Part shown: positions 1 through 12,801 of the stretch, in pieces
Numbering within the stretch: position 1 is the stretch's first letter
Layout: each line of letters starts with the position of its first letter
Assembly: GCA_965603825.1 (NCBI GenBank)
Contig: CBFDEM010000053.1
Coordinates: 1,116,001 to 1,180,000 of the forward strand
Source: Blepharisma stoltei ATCC 30299
Lineage: Eukaryota > Protista > Ciliophora
Length of the DNA: 64,000 nucleotides
Reading direction: 5' to 3'
The notes under the pieces: generated by a model
What the model saw: only the letters and a program-made list of their open reading frames with translations
Told to the model about the DNA's origin: nothing
Databases searched by the model: none
Program-made: the position numbers and the translations under genes

Positions 1-1971
1 GCCCACAACATCGGGCCAGCGCCATTCCTATACGTCCAAGAAGACGACGATATAAAACTTGGCTTTAAAGAAATCATTCTTTACGCTGAACAAATTCCAG
101 ATTTCGTCGGGTTTTTTGACAATTTCTCCTTTTCAGATAATTCCAAGCCTCCATCCAATGACTCTGAAAATGCCACGAAAATAAATTTTGCTTTTGAAAA
201 TATCTACTTCGACTATTTAATTGGAGAAAGTAGATTTTTCCTATGCATACAAAATTGTAACCTTTGAAGCATTCTTTCAAGTCCAAATTCATCCAATTTT
301 CATTTTGCCCTTGATTCTGCTCAATTATTTATAAAATATCCAGTTAATTCTCGCGAGCAAGTGATTTCTATTTCTTCTTTAACATATGTGAAAACGCTAC
401 AATCTCTTCATTTTGCTTTAATTTCTACGATTACAGACCTAGAAATCTTTTATACATCGATTAAAAAGGAAAAAAATATTGATGAAGCTGATGAAATCAA
501 TGAAGCTTCGCCACCTTTTATTGAGTGCATGTTAGGATCAGCTGAGTGTAAGCCAATTTTATCAAATTTGTATGTAAGCCAAGAAGTCAGATGTCAGATC
601 CTAAAAGAAGAATATTTAGAAATTCATGCAAACGTTGGCTGCTGGATTATTCATATGTGCAAAGATACTGTTGATGCAATATCTAGTGTTTTAGGGTCCT
701 TCAGCAAAGGTCCCAGTCAAAAAGAACCTCAAGTCCCTCAGAGAAAAAAAGAATTCATATCGAACTCGACAAATCAGCATGAAGATATTAACTTGCAAAG
801 CTACCTGGCAGAAAACGATAAACCACTCCTACCGCCTCCACTTATGAAAAGATCTTCCTCAGTAAAATCCTCACAAATTTATCATACTCATTTAAATTCT
901 TCACAACTTCGGCAAACCAATACAATTGACTCTCAATTCCACCAACTTCAGCCCCAGCATGGGTTTCCCAAAGTAAAAATTTCTCTGAGTTTGTTCCATT
1001 TAAGAATAAACCTTTACTCAGGTAAAGATTTTAATGCTTCTCGAGCAATCACCCCTGGGCTTTCATTTATTTGTGAAAATTTAGGACTGAGCTACTCCAA
1101 ATTCCCACAAACTATGAATTATTCTTGGAGACTGGCACTGTCGATTGAAGATTTTGAAGCACTCGATAGGGTAAAGCTAAGCACAGTTAAGCAGCTTATA
1201 AGCTTTGATAAGAAAACTATTAGGAATTTAGGTTCCCAAATGCTTCAATTTGAAATTTCTGGGATCTGGCTATCTCCAGCAATTTCAGATGAAATCGAGC
1301 TGATCGTCAACACAAAAATTTTGCCTCTAAAAATAAGCATCGATCAGCATTTAGTTGATTTTTGCATTGATTTTATTGACAATAATGCAAAATCTTCTCC
1401 AGAGGATCCATCATTCTCTGATATTGAAACAAAAAAGACGACTTTTATTCAGCGGCTTTCTTTTGATGATATTTTTATAAGCCTTGATTATATTCCTCAT
1501 AAGATCAATAGAAATCTTTCTGGCGCAAACTTGCTGAATATTTTCCATATAGAGGATTTTAAAATTCACCTGCCGAGAATAAGCATTACAAGTGCAAGAG
1601 ATTTTCAGCAAGCAATTGGCAAAGCATGGGCGTTTTGACTTAAGCACCTCAAAGAGAGAGAGTTTTTAAAATTTATAAGCGGGATTGGTCCGCTCACTAC
1701 AATAAAAAATCTAGGCAGTGCTTTATATGAAATAGCAAAGTTGCCTTATAGTTCTAATTCTCAGTCAGATGGCGCAAAACAAGCTTTACTGGGGTTAGTT
1801 AAAGCTGTATTTATAGAGACGTTAAGACTTACGGAAACGGTGCTAGGAGGAGCTTACACCGTTTTGCAAACTATGGGAGTTGTGGCTGGCATTGATATGC
1901 CATCACGGCAAATCTTGATAGGGCCTTTGATAAAAGCCCAACATGCGGTGGAGAACCAGAAGTGAAGATAA
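1..1971 (+). CDS. ATG2: Autophagy-related protein 2-like, 5'-partial (C-terminal part)
   Basis: Frame 1 is open from base 1 to TAA 1969-1971 when TGA (265, 1636, 1963) is read as Trp. The C-terminal segment ISLDYIPHKI...LLNIFHIEDFKIHLP...W...FISGIGPLTTIKNLGSAL resembles the ATG2 C-terminal region. Confidence 0.7.
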
Positions 1972-2411
1972 TAATACTGTTCTTAATAAATTATATGCAC
2001 TAACATAAATATATAAATAGGAACAATTCCAATAAATTCCAAAGAGCTGGTCCTTTTTAAAAAGCGGCTATTTAAGCTCTAGAACGAAAATCAGAAATTT
2101 CAAACTGACAAAAGATTATATAAGTCATTTCAGAAATTTTATAAGATTTTATTGCTTTAAATATTATGAAATAAATCTTTATCATATTAGAGATCAATAA
2201 GAGTTATAGTTAAATTGAATCAAAATTTGCCCCTCATCAGTCCTTGCACCTATAATTTTGTGATTTTCTATGAGCAGTTATTTGCAGTAATAATTACAAA
2301 AATAAAATAACCTCAATCTCATTATTCAAGCGACAGGTCTATTGACAGAACTTAATTAGAACAAGATATAAGCAAAAGCTTTTTTAATAAACGTAAGTTA
2401 GAATAAATTTA

Positions 2412-5261
2412 ATGGCCAAAGAGAAAAAAATCAGTCTCGGGGTGAAACTCAAGCTGATTACACTCGTCCCGTTGATTATTGGCATATTGCTTGCATCAGT
2501 GATATTCGTTTCCCTATTATTTGATAAGCATACTCAGTGGCTTTACTCCATGAGAAGTGATTTAGTAAAAAGATCAAAAAATTTACTTGAAGAAACAGCC
2601 CACTCTAGACGTTCAACTATATCAACCTACCTTTCCAATGTAAATTTAATATAGAGTGCCCTTTATGAGCAGTTTTTGCGAGGCGTTTATGATGCAATAG
2701 ACGTCGGAAATATTACCCTTACAGCTGATATTACAAAGCCGTCCTATGTGAATGGGAAGGATACAAGTTCATCAGGGTCCTATCCAGACACAACTAAATC
2801 TGTATATATGAGCCCTTCAAATACTGACCCGTCCGCATCTACTTGCTATACTAAGCTAGAATTGCTGGATATTCTGATGAGAGTCATATATGCTGATTCC
2901 AATGACTCTACTCTTCATCAAATTGGATTCACCTATAGTAGTGATGGTCTCGATTATAGGTACCCTGTGCAAGATATGAGCAAATTGTCAGGGAATTTTA
3001 ATTATACAAGTACATGTTCACAAGCAAGCTCTAGCTATGACGCAAGATGCACCCAAACTTATTATTACTTGAAAAACGGTGTCAATGGGAAAACTCAAAA
3101 ATTGATGATTTACTATGAAAATGAGCTAGTGAACACATGAAATAACCCAAGCTATGGCACTTTTGCCTTTTATTCAACTAACCATACTTTTACTCAGTTT
3201 ATTAACGAAATTGAATACGTGACGACTTTTGTTAGTGAAAAAGATGGGACATGGACATTAGCAAAGGAAGAGGAAAATATTGAAGGCTTCCAAGGCAAGG
3301 TGCTTGGAGAGGTATTGTTTCCGGACGAAAGTGATTTAGCTGATAGGGTCATAACGAACTTGCTACCACTAATGCATGACAGTGTAGATATTTTAGCTAA
3401 ATTATATGGCTTGATTGCTACTGAATACGTAGCAGTCTCTCCAACCAACATTACAATGACTAATGTTAGATACACTGAATACCAAGACTCGTATACAGTT
3501 GGGCTTTATAAGACCAGAACTGCAATTTTAATTGAATGGAACAATTTTATAACTACTGTTGTTGACATTATTACAGGCCAGACTATTATATTTGCAGTTC
3601 TTTTATTTATGACTATTGTTTCTTCGATTTTACTAAACAAAGCTTTGGTCTATAAAATCACTCATCCAATCACAGTGATTATTCAAGATTTAGAAAGTGA
3701 AAGAGGAAGCAGTCGAGCTTATCATTTGTATAATAAAGAAATCAATGAAATTTTTAAGTATGTGGAGTTGACTAATCTGTCAGAAAAATTCATAGACCCA
3801 TCATTCTTAAAAAATCCCAAGCCTGATGAAAGGATAGCGAATTTGAAAGAAGCCAGGAGATTTTTCAAAAGAGTGAATAATAAAAGAGGGGTTTCGATTA
3901 CAAATAACTTAATTGGAAATATTCATTATAGAGACCAAGATTATGATAGAGCTGTAAAATATTATCAAAAAGCTTTGCAGGCTATGGAAGACTTAGAAAA
4001 AATTGTGCTCTTACAAGAGGAGGAAGAAGCCAAGCTAACAGAAGAAGAAAAAGAAAATTTGAGGAAAAAAACTGGGAAAATTACAGTAGGATGGGAAGAA
4101 GAAAAAGCTTTTCTAAAGGAAAATATCTGTGAAAGAATCCTCCAGCTATGCATGGGAAAGCAAATGGGACTTTTGCATGGCACACGAAATTTGATGGAGC
4201 TTAGATCTGACTGAAAAGAACTTTTAAACTTACAATCAAAAGTCGTTCAAGTCTACTACAACACCCGCACCCATTATTTGAGAATCCTAAAAATTTTAGT
4301 AGACTTAGCCTTGGCTTTTCAAAGTTTACAATATTTCCACTCAGCTCTAGAAATTTTAGAAATCGTAGAAGATGAGCTTAATAAGCTAGAAACTTTGCAA
4401 CACCCTGATATAGATATTGACATTGTAAGACTTAAGAGACTTGGGGTGAATATAAATGAAGAAGAAGGAGTTATGAAGCTTCATTTCGCAGTGCCAACTC
4501 TTGATTTTGAAAAGGATATACTAAGACAAATGATTCTCTACAGAAGAGGGATGATTCTAAAAGAAACTGATAGGTTCCAAGAAGCTGGCTATGCACTCAC
4601 AGAAGCAATTGAAAACGGTGGGTACTTTGATCCTTATATAAGGCAGCAATGCTTATCTGAACTTATAAAAATGATGAAAAAATTCGCAATTAAAACCGAA
4701 ATCGATGAGCTTTATTCTTTGCATAAAGATTTTGCTTCACAAGGAAAAGCATTACTGTTCTTGCTAAGGTACAATTTCAATGATAATTCCAAGCTGAATA
4801 GGAAACTCGTGAATTTTATTACTAATGAGCTTAATGATCCAGGAAACTATATAGGAGCATCAACAATGTCGTTAAATTCTACAGTGAAATTGGACATTGA
4901 GAAGAGAGACATGGCTGGAATTGATTTAGAAAATATGATTATGAGAGCTAAATCAGTTTCTGCAAACGATCACCCTTACGATTTGATAATGAAATGGAAT
5001 AAATTATTCCCTGATAAAAGCAGCGAAAAATATATCATCATTATATTGAAAGATTTGCCGTTTAGCATACAAATTGCGAAGGAAGATGATTTGGCAGCAG
5101 TCATTGATAAAACGATGAAATATATCGTTATACCGATTGGATTTGCTTTGCCAACGGAGTTTGAAAAATATTTGTCGGAAAACAATGGGTATATAATAGA
5201 AATTCAAGATGATAGTGCGATTGATGAAGCGTTCGAGGCGGTGAAACGTATCATGGGATAA
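2412..5261 (+). CDS. Two-TM receptor-like protein with extracellular loop, TPR and C-terminal vWA-like region (~944 aa)
   Basis: Joins four track ORFs in one frame through a 15-nt intron (2640-2654) and TGA=Trp at 3138 and 4212. Hydrophobic helices LITLVPLIIGILLASVIFVSLLF and IIFAVLLFMTIVSSILL, followed by ITHPI (HAMP-like start). TPR motif NNLIGNIHYRDQDYDRAVKYYQKAL. Ends TAA. Confidence 0.75.
2640..2654 (+). other. 15-nt spliceosomal intron GTAAATTTAATATAG
   Basis: GT-AG ends, A at position 10. Removal deletes the in-frame TAG and joins the ORFs in frame. Confidence 0.9.
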
Positions 5262-5465
5262 ATTTAATTTATTAAGTTTAGATTAGAGTAATAATATAAC
5301 CAATTTATTATAATTGCCATATAATTATCTTTTGATTTTTTATGTTTTAAGCTATAAATTTTATAAAATTCAGAATAGAATTGCTTTCTATCAAGTAGCC
5401 AAACAAAATAGGATCATTTAATGGATATTAATTTGGTGTAAAGATGTCATTTTATAAGAAAAAAT

Positions 5466-6077
5466 ATGGAAGTTCAAAGAATTAACCAAAATATTTTTAC
5501 TCTGCTTGATGAAGAGCTAGCGACTGCTCCTCCAAACTACCCTGAAATCATTCATATTTCTGAAGGGATTAGGCCTACAATATATTCAAAATCTCAGCCT
5601 AAAATAAAAGGATCTTTAGAAGAGCCCAGAAGCAGTCCTAAAGAAATTCATATCAGATCAAATAGAAGACCTTCCCCTCCTAATAATAGGAAATCCCGCA
5701 CTGGCCTAAGCAATGAAATAAAAAGACAAGGTGCTGGACTGTATAATTGGGGAGAATACATTCCGAAAACCTTCAAAGACAAAGAAAAAGTTGATGTGCA
5801 AGGAGATGAAGCATTAATGCCTGACACCGAAATTTCTGAAGAAATCGAAACTAAGGTGAAATCTCAAGAAAACGGAGTTTTAACTATGTCGGAATATTTA
5901 GGGCTTGAAGAAAATGAGGAAGCAAAAGAAAGGAATATAATTGATAATATTGTGGATTTTACGAAAAAGACTGTTAAGAAAGCTCAAGAATTGGTAAAAA
6001 AAGTGGAAAAAGAGTTAGAAAAGGGGGAACCTCCTGGATTTAAGGAAAATGACTTCCCTGAGCTTAAATCATTTTAA
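5466..6077 (+). CDS. HABP4/PAI-RBP1 (SERBP1/Stm1-like) RNA-binding family protein
   Basis: Intact ATG-TAA ORF with the motif RKSRTGLSNEIKRQGAGLYNWG, an LTMSEY segment and a C-terminal NDFPEL. Confidence 0.7.
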   Translation: MEVQRINQNIFTLLDEELATAPPNYPEIIHISEGIRPTIYSKSQPKIKGSLEEPRSSPKEIHIRSNRRPSPPNNRKSRTGLSNEIKRQGAGLYNWGEYIPKTFKDKEKVDVQGDEALMPDTEISEEIETKVKSQENGVLTMSEYLGLEENEEAKERNIIDNIVDFTKKTVKKAQELVKKVEKELEKGEPPGFKENDFPELKSF

Positions 6078-6395
6078 TTAATTTTGATAAGTTTTAAGTC
6101 GCTTAATTTCTGATCAGAATCTATTTTTGACCATGTATAATTTATAAATATAAACTAAAGTTTTCTATTTAATATTATAGGGATTTTGAAAATAGTCGTG
6201 ATATAAATTTAAGAGATGTAATTTTATTAATGAATGCAAGGAGATTCTCACAATTTGCGTAATTCACCAAATCTATATATTTTACGATCTATAACTTCTT
6301 TATTCATCGTCTTGAATAATTGCTTCCATATTATAATTTTCTATTGCCATAAGCAGTGGACAAAATCTCAATAAGAAGCTAAAATTGTTATTATT

Positions 6396-8057
6396 TTATT
6401 CAATTAGATACTCCCAACTCCCTTGCAGTTTAGAGTAAAAATAGTGTGAAGTTATATAACTAGGTGCTCCAAATCTATCGCATTCAAACACTTCATCAAA
6501 AACATCACTTTGCAGTCTACAATAAATATATCTTTGGCATCTCTCATCACATTTATTTGACTCAAATGAATATTGTCCCATCCAATTGGCATAATAAGTT
6601 TGAGCAAAAACATTATCAGTTTTCATTTTTTCCACAATTTTTTCAAACGAACTTGGGGAGAGATCAGCCATATTGTACTCGTCTTTAAAGTTAAAAACTT
6701 CTTCAAAAAGTGCTGTATCATCTGGGCTTCTGTATTTATATAAAGGCAGCCTATATTGGTGAATATTTACTAAATGATGAGTTTGCCAATCGTACTCATA
6801 AAGTCTAAATGAGGGGTTGTGGTCTGTATAAGTCCCAAAAGATGGTGCAGCAAATAGAACCCCTGGCGAAGATGCACCAGGTATTAGAGAATGGACAACG
6901 AAAAATTCATCATTATGAGTGTGTCCAAAAAACTGACCTCTTATGGTATTTTGGAAGCGGTTTGCAAGGACTCTGTAGTGTCTTGACCAATGTGAGTCCA
7001 TATAAGAATCTCCATTTGGAATGTGTCCTAAAATGATCACAGGCTCATTTTTTTGTTCAGCTGAATATAGCTCCTTCCGGAGCCAAGCCAACATTCCAGC
7101 AGAATCTGTATTGTTTAAAATTAGCCACGTATTTAGTAAATCCCCAAGCTCATTATTAAGCCCTAAAATTCTGAAACCCGTTTTTTTATCAAAAGCCGAA
7201 TAAAATCCATTAGCACTAAATTGCTTTATTTGGTCGTCTCCAAGCCACCCTTTCCACAATTTCGATAGCTCTTTGATTAACTGTTTTTCATGATCTGGTT
7301 TAAACAAATCAATAGGAAAGCACTCATGATTCCCAATAATAGGGTACACAGGCATGGATAATTCTTTCTTAAACATTTTTACCAGCTTTTTAGTGACATC
7401 CATTTCTTTTTCTCTTTCATAAGCCCACACGTCGTGAGGGGGGTTATCCCCAGTCCAAGCCACAAATTTTATATTTTCCATTTCTTTTACTTGTTTTAAA
7501 AATATTTCTACAGTTTGTGAAGGAACATCACATTTTCCTAATGTCCCCCAGTATCCTGCATTTCCTGTCCCATTTCGGCAGCATAAAGGAGAGTTGCAGC
7601 TTGCGTCAGATCCTGGAATATAGAAAAAGTCGACGTGGATATCAGTTACTTGTAAAACCATAAAGGTTTTGTCTCCTGTTTCCGGCCATGGTTGGATTTC
7701 TGGCATATCTTTAAGAATTTCTTCCTCATAAGCAGTAAAATTTTCCATTAAATACTGAGGTGTTGGGCAGACACCAAAGCTGGAGCACACAAACTCAGGG
7801 TTTAAATATTTGCCTGTAACAGCTTCAGTATATGATTTACCAAAAATTCTGATAAGTCCTTGGCAGATGTCATGGTGTTCAAAAACAGAGCAAATATTAA
7901 TAAGGAAATCTTCTCCAGATCTAATTACAAGGTTGTTATCAATACCTTCACGTAGCGCCTTAACCATTAGATGGCAAGAAGCGCATTCAATTCTTGTATG
8001 TGAGTCATATGCAGATCCAAGAAAAACTAGGAGAAAGATTGCCAAATAACCCTTCAT
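6396..8057 (-). CDS. Acid sphingomyelinase-like phosphodiesterase (saposin B + metallophosphoesterase)
   Basis: Signal peptide, saposin-type Cys pattern, and motifs TDIHVD, WTGDNPPHD, GNHE, GHIP and FFGHTH. Confidence 0.93.
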   Translation of the reverse strand: MKGYLAIFLLVFLGSAYDSHTRIECASCHLMVKALREGIDNNLVIRSGEDFLINICSVFEHHDICQGLIRIFGKSYTEAVTGKYLNPEFVCSSFGVCPTPQYLMENFTAYEEEILKDMPEIQPWPETGDKTFMVLQVTDIHVDFFYIPGSDASCNSPLCCRNGTGNAGYWGTLGKCDVPSQTVEIFLKQVKEMENIKFVAWTGDNPPHDVWAYEREKEMDVTKKLVKMFKKELSMPVYPIIGNHECFPIDLFKPDHEKQLIKELSKLWKGWLGDDQIKQFSANGFYSAFDKKTGFRILGLNNELGDLLNTWLILNNTDSAGMLAWLRKELYSAEQKNEPVIILGHIPNGDSYMDSHWSRHYRVLANRFQNTIRGQFFGHTHNDEFFVVHSLIPGASSPGVLFAAPSFGTYTDHNPSFRLYEYDWQTHHLVNIHQYRLPLYKYRSPDDTALFEEVFNFKDEYNMADLSPSSFEKIVEKMKTDNVFAQTYYANWMGQYSFESNKCDERCQRYIYCRLQSDVFDEVFECDRFGAPSYITSHYFYSKLQGSWEYLIE

Positions 8058-8824
8058 AATTTATTTATTTTATTTACGATTCCTCTGTCAGTTTATTATT
8101 AATTATATGAAGTAATGATCAGAAAATTAATAATTATTCAATAGGGAAAATATTTAAAACTGCCAATATGTGGCTGAAAATGGGCTTTGAATAAAGAGGT
8201 CTGACAGTGCTATATATTGAATTATTTATTGTTAAAGATATAAACAAAATATATTTACTTTAATTCATATAATCATGTTTCTTTGGACGCGTAATATCTT
8301 GTGAACCGAAGATATGAAGGTGAAGGATCTTAGTAAAATGAAGTTAATTTAGCACAAGTATATTGAAAATAAAGTTTATATTCTTACATTATTGAAAAGT
8401 TCATGCACTATATAATTTATAAATTTCAACTTCTTATCAGTGATGCTGTAGGATTATTTAATATAAATTCATCTCAAATCCAAATTAAGATTAAAAACTA
8501 ATTTATTATTCCAAAACGGTTTTAAAACCCATATAAGCTGTGCTTTAAACTGCTTCCCGAAATAAAAACGCAATAAAATTTAATCATAAACCTATAAGAT
8601 TAGGTAAACAATCTTGATTATCAATAACTTTCAAATTTCTATTCTGAAACGAATATATATTAATTTATACAAATTTTTTTACAAAATTTAATAATGAAAT
8701 TAATCATCTAAAAGATAATTAATTTCAATATATCGAAATTCTTAAAGTACCACCTTTAAAATTGCGCATGCAACTTATAAAATTCATTATGTGATGCTAA
8801 TATAGGTTCCATAATTTAAAAATA

Positions 8825-10618
8825 ATGACTACAAATTTCTTGAACTCAAAACCTCAAAGTACCCGAAGCAAGCTTAGCATCCCCAATCACCCTTACGAAT
8901 GGAATGATCGGTTTTGGCTTGGTAGGATTAGTGATGTTTTACCTGAAATTTCTTGTAATTAATAGCTAGTAAAAAGAGCTTATTCAGGCTCTCTAACTGC
9001 TAGGACAAATATAAGATCAGCAGTGTCTCTTTCGAGTAATTCCTTACTGAAATCAAGGCCTAATACAGGAATTTCTCCAAAAATTATAAATTTGGGAAAG
9101 GAGATATTTAACTTAAAAAGCAAGCTTGATTTATCGTATGACGCCAAAAATGTCCCTGATTTTCATAAAAATCTTTTTCGCACATTTTTATCTCTTCTCA
9201 AAGACCCTAACTTACAATTAGAAGCCCTTAAAACTGAGCTTGATAATATAAAACGAAATTCCGCACCTATTATCTGTGTGATTTCTGCAATAAAAGAAAG
9301 AGAGGCTTTATTGCAAAAATTGAAAGAAAAAGTATCAGATGAAGATTTATCAAAAAAAGACTTGACAAAATCACTATTTCTGCTAGAAATTGGAGAATTA
9401 ATCAAAGAAGTCAGGTTGAAAAGCCTTGAAGTTGTTGATAACGTCAAAGTCTGGAAAAGCTGCTTGCAAATGCCAGCAGCAAAATTTCTGTGAAATGATG
9501 AGGAATATTTTGAAATCATGAAAAAAGATTATCAATTTCTGCTAGAAAGTCCAATTGCTAAAGCCTTAAATTTTCCACCAAAATGCACAACATTTTTTAT
9601 TCAACTTAAAACCCAAAGGTAGAGAGTAAATAGAAACGATCACTATGGGCAAGAATCCAAGAACTTTTTCAAAGTGAACCCACAGCTCCAAGCAAAAATT
9701 ATAAGTGCTTATCACACTTTAGGGATTGAAATAGCAAAGGTGTCTCTTGTTAAGAAAAGAAAAGTCAGACAATCAAGGAACCCAACAATTCAGTTAAATT
9801 TTAATTTCCAAGTTTCATCATTAGAAGAAAGGCCAAGCCAATGAGATAGCACTGATAGCGAAGACGAAGTTCAAAATATCATGGCTCTTGCAACTGAGCT
9901 TCAGGAGCAATTTTTATTTGAGCACTCAGATAGACTGACTAAAGATATTGTCAGCGAAAGCTGCAGAGAAATGATATCTGCGAGTCTAGTACTTTTTTCA
10001 AGCTCAGTCCTAGATAAATACATAACTGAAGTCCTTGCCCAGCAAATACACCAGGTAGCAATGGTTGCATATCAAGAAACTACTGATAGTGAGTATATCG
10101 ATTTCCAGCTTCAGATTATCCAAAATGCAATGGAAGAGATTTTATTAGAATCTTCCCAGGACACTAGTTCATGTCATTTAGCTGAATTGATTTCAAGTGT
10201 TATGAGTGATGGGCTGAACTTCACAGAAATTGCTCAAGAAGCTATAGATGAAGAAAATAACTGAAATGTGAGGATTATTGTATTGATATTTGAAGAGCTG
10301 GCTAGGGATTTACTAGAAGAGGAATGGTTTGAAATTTTTATTGAGGACACCTTGAGCTACACACGACTTGATGATATGTGAAATATACTCCCATTGCACG
10401 CTCAAAAGCAGCTGTATAAAACAGACAGAGAAAAAATACACAATAAAATGGCTGAGGACATTTATTTCGAAATTTTAAATAATGTGGTAGGTGATATATG
10501 GACTTTTAGGATTGTATGAGCTGTAAAAAACAACGAAGACGACGACAGCATGGACAAAATTTTTCCTGTGAGAGAAGAAAGGTCGTCAAAGCGCCGAAAT
10601 ACAAGAATCAATAATTAA
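8825..10618 (+). CDS. Hypothetical helical/coiled-coil protein (~587 aa, two tiny introns)
   Basis: One frame from ATG 8825 to TAA 10616-10618 after removing introns 8955-8969 and 9619-9633 and reading TGA as Trp. No family recognised. Confidence 0.7.
8955..8969 (+). other. 15-nt intron GTAATTAATAGCTAG
   Basis: GT-AG ends, A at position 10. Removes in-frame TAA/TAG and preserves frame. Confidence 0.8.
9619..9633 (+). other. 15-nt intron GTAGAGAGTAAATAG
   Basis: GT-AG ends, A at position 10. Removes the in-frame TAG at 9620-9622, and the frame stays open on both sides. Confidence 0.8.
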
Positions 10619-10684
10619 TTTATTCCATTTTATAGTCATACACATAATATATTTTTACCTTAAATAGGTCAATAGTTTTTTCTA

Positions 10685-11455
10685 ATGAGTTCTGCAACGA
10701 TCCCATACATTGGAAGCCAAATCAGCTTGATTTCCAAGTCTGACATTCGATACGAAGGCACACTTCACTCAATTGACCCAAACGAGCACACTGTTTCTTT
10801 ATCAAATGTACGATCTTTTGGCACTGAAGGCCGCCGAATCGATGGCAAGCAAATCCCTCCTTCTGCTGATCTTTATGAATTTATCATATTCAGAGGCTCA
10901 GATATCAAAGATCTTTCAGTGATACAAGCGACTCCAATTCTTAATGACTCAGCTATCATAAAAGCAAATATCAAAGAAACTCAGCCAAATCTTAAAGATC
11001 CACAGCCTGCTGCTAGAGAGTTTGAGCCTCATCAAAGATATGAAAATAGGCCAGCTTCAAGACCTTACCAAAGCCGAACAGGCCGAGGCGAGCTTCATGA
11101 AAATATCAATGAAGACTTAAAGGAACAGCTAAAAGAAGACTTCGACTTTCAAGAAGAAGCCCCACTAGAAAAGCCTGCCAAACCTGAGTCAACAAAAGGC
11201 TATGACAAGAAAAAGAGCTTTTTTGACAGCATTTCTTGCAAAAGTTCAGAAAATGAGATTCCTTTTGATAGACAAAAACAAAAAGAAATGGACGCGGAGA
11301 CTTTTGGAGAGGACTATGTTACCAATGGTGAAAGAGAATTAAGAAGAGCTTCACAAAGGGGAAGAAGAAGAGGAAATAGAGGGATGAATAGAGGCGGGAG
11401 AGGCGAATACAGAGGCCAAGGTAGGTATAACCAGAATTATGATACTAAATTCTAA
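10685..11455 (+). CDS. LSM14: Lsm14/Scd6/RAP55 mRNP protein
   Basis: N-terminal PYIGSQISLISKSDIRYEGTL Lsm domain, DFDF, FFD and TFG boxes, and an RGG tail. Confidence 0.95.
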   Translation: MSSATIPYIGSQISLISKSDIRYEGTLHSIDPNEHTVSLSNVRSFGTEGRRIDGKQIPPSADLYEFIIFRGSDIKDLSVIQATPILNDSAIIKANIKETQPNLKDPQPAAREFEPHQRYENRPASRPYQSRTGRGELHENINEDLKEQLKEDFDFQEEAPLEKPAKPESTKGYDKKKSFFDSISCKSSENEIPFDRQKQKEMDAETFGEDYVTNGERELRRASQRGRRRGNRGMNRGGRGEYRGQGRYNQNYDTKF

Positions 11456-11499
11456 GTCCCTATGCTAGTAAATCATTTCTGCTAGAATTTTATAATTAA

Positions 11500-11910
11500 A
11501 TGGATAAGTATTTTCCTGGATATGTCAAAGGGATAAGTAGTGCGATTGCTCTAATGAAAATCGATTTCAGCCAAAAAGAACTAACAAAAATATCTGAGCA
11601 AGGACCTGAAGTTGCTGATTTCGTGAAATCTTTACAGATTTGTAAGAGGAGCCAAGATGAAAAAGAAAAAGCAAAGTGTGTAGCTGTAAACCTGGCTCAA
11701 GGGAACTGTAAAAAGGAGTTTTTTCTCGTTGGAGAGTGTATTAAGAACTTGCAGCATCCAAAATTTCCTGAAAAGGATAGGACCCAGTATTATTGTTCCA
11801 ATGTAGACGCAAGTCTTGATGATTGTTTGTCAAGTCTTACTAGTAAAGTTTTGTTCGCTTTATCAGACTTGCCCATTGAGGCTTCGCCGAATATTCGAGA
11901 AATAGACTAA
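11500..11910 (+). CDS. Twin CX9C (CHCH-like) protein, probably mitochondrial intermembrane space
   Basis: CKKEFFLVGEC and CSNVDASLDDC are both CX9C. Intact ATG-TAA ORF. Confidence 0.6.
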   Translation: MDKYFPGYVKGISSAIALMKIDFSQKELTKISEQGPEVADFVKSLQICKRSQDEKEKAKCVAVNLAQGNCKKEFFLVGECIKNLQHPKFPEKDRTQYYCSNVDASLDDCLSSLTSKVLFALSDLPIEASPNIREID

Positions 11911-12283
11911 AACAGCAATTAATTATTTATGAAAATTTATCTAATTAATATGGAATAGATGAAGTGTAAAGTAAGGAGCATGTCATAAGAGCCAGAAATG
12001 AAGATCATTAATCAGCATAATGCAATAGCATAAATAATATGATGATGAATTAACTGAAGATTACCAAAAAAGAGCATTTATAGATTTTGTTTCACATATA
12101 GCAAGCTATCAATCCTCATCTCCTCTATTTATTTAAAATCTATCGCAAAATGGCCCAATCTTCTCTGATCCCAACTTCTTGAACTTTCAAAAATAGCCCT
12201 TTACGTATCTTTCTAACCTAATATTTTCTCCCAATTTCTTTCTTCTTATATTTATCTAACTCTATTTTAAAGTAAGAGATTAT

Positions 12284-12655
12284 TTACTTTCTCTTTATCA
12301 ACTGATCAGGGAGAGGCTCTGCTCCTTGAATTCCAAGCACACATCTATTATATGAGAGTTCAAGCCACCAAAACCCAACAGTAAAAGCAAGAGCTGGTAA
12401 AGCCCAATGAACGGCTTGTCTAAGTCCCATATTCTGCAGCATATGGGCAGCTCTTAAAATAGGGTAGTGCCCATATTTAAGTTGGAATTCTTTGAAGTAA
12501 ACATATCCAGCTATGAATGGTATCAACGTTGCTGCTGATTTTTGAATGCAAGTGCGGCAATGTGCTTTCTCCAAAAAGTCACTTTCTCTGAACCCAATTC
12601 TGACCAAATCGCTTTCTGGAATGCGATTAAATGCACTATAGTTGTAGCCTGCCAT
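12284..12655 (-). CDS. Small hypothetical membrane protein (two hydrophobic segments)
   Basis: Intact 123-aa ORF with coding-like composition, flanked by AT-rich spacers. Confidence 0.7.
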   Translation of the reverse strand: MAGYNYSAFNRIPESDLVRIGFRESDFLEKAHCRTCIQKSAATLIPFIAGYVYFKEFQLKYGHYPILRAAHMLQNMGLRQAVHWALPALAFTVGFWWLELSYNRCVLGIQGAEPLPDQLIKRK

Positions 12656-12801
12656 TTAATGATTATAAAATTTAGATTAATTGGCTAAAAGTCATTATAG
12701 TGAGAAAGGAAATTAATTTACTAATAAAAAATAGCTATAATAAAAATTTGTATGAGAAAGATGCAGCTTATAAAAATTTGAGTATTTTTTATATATTAGA
12801 G

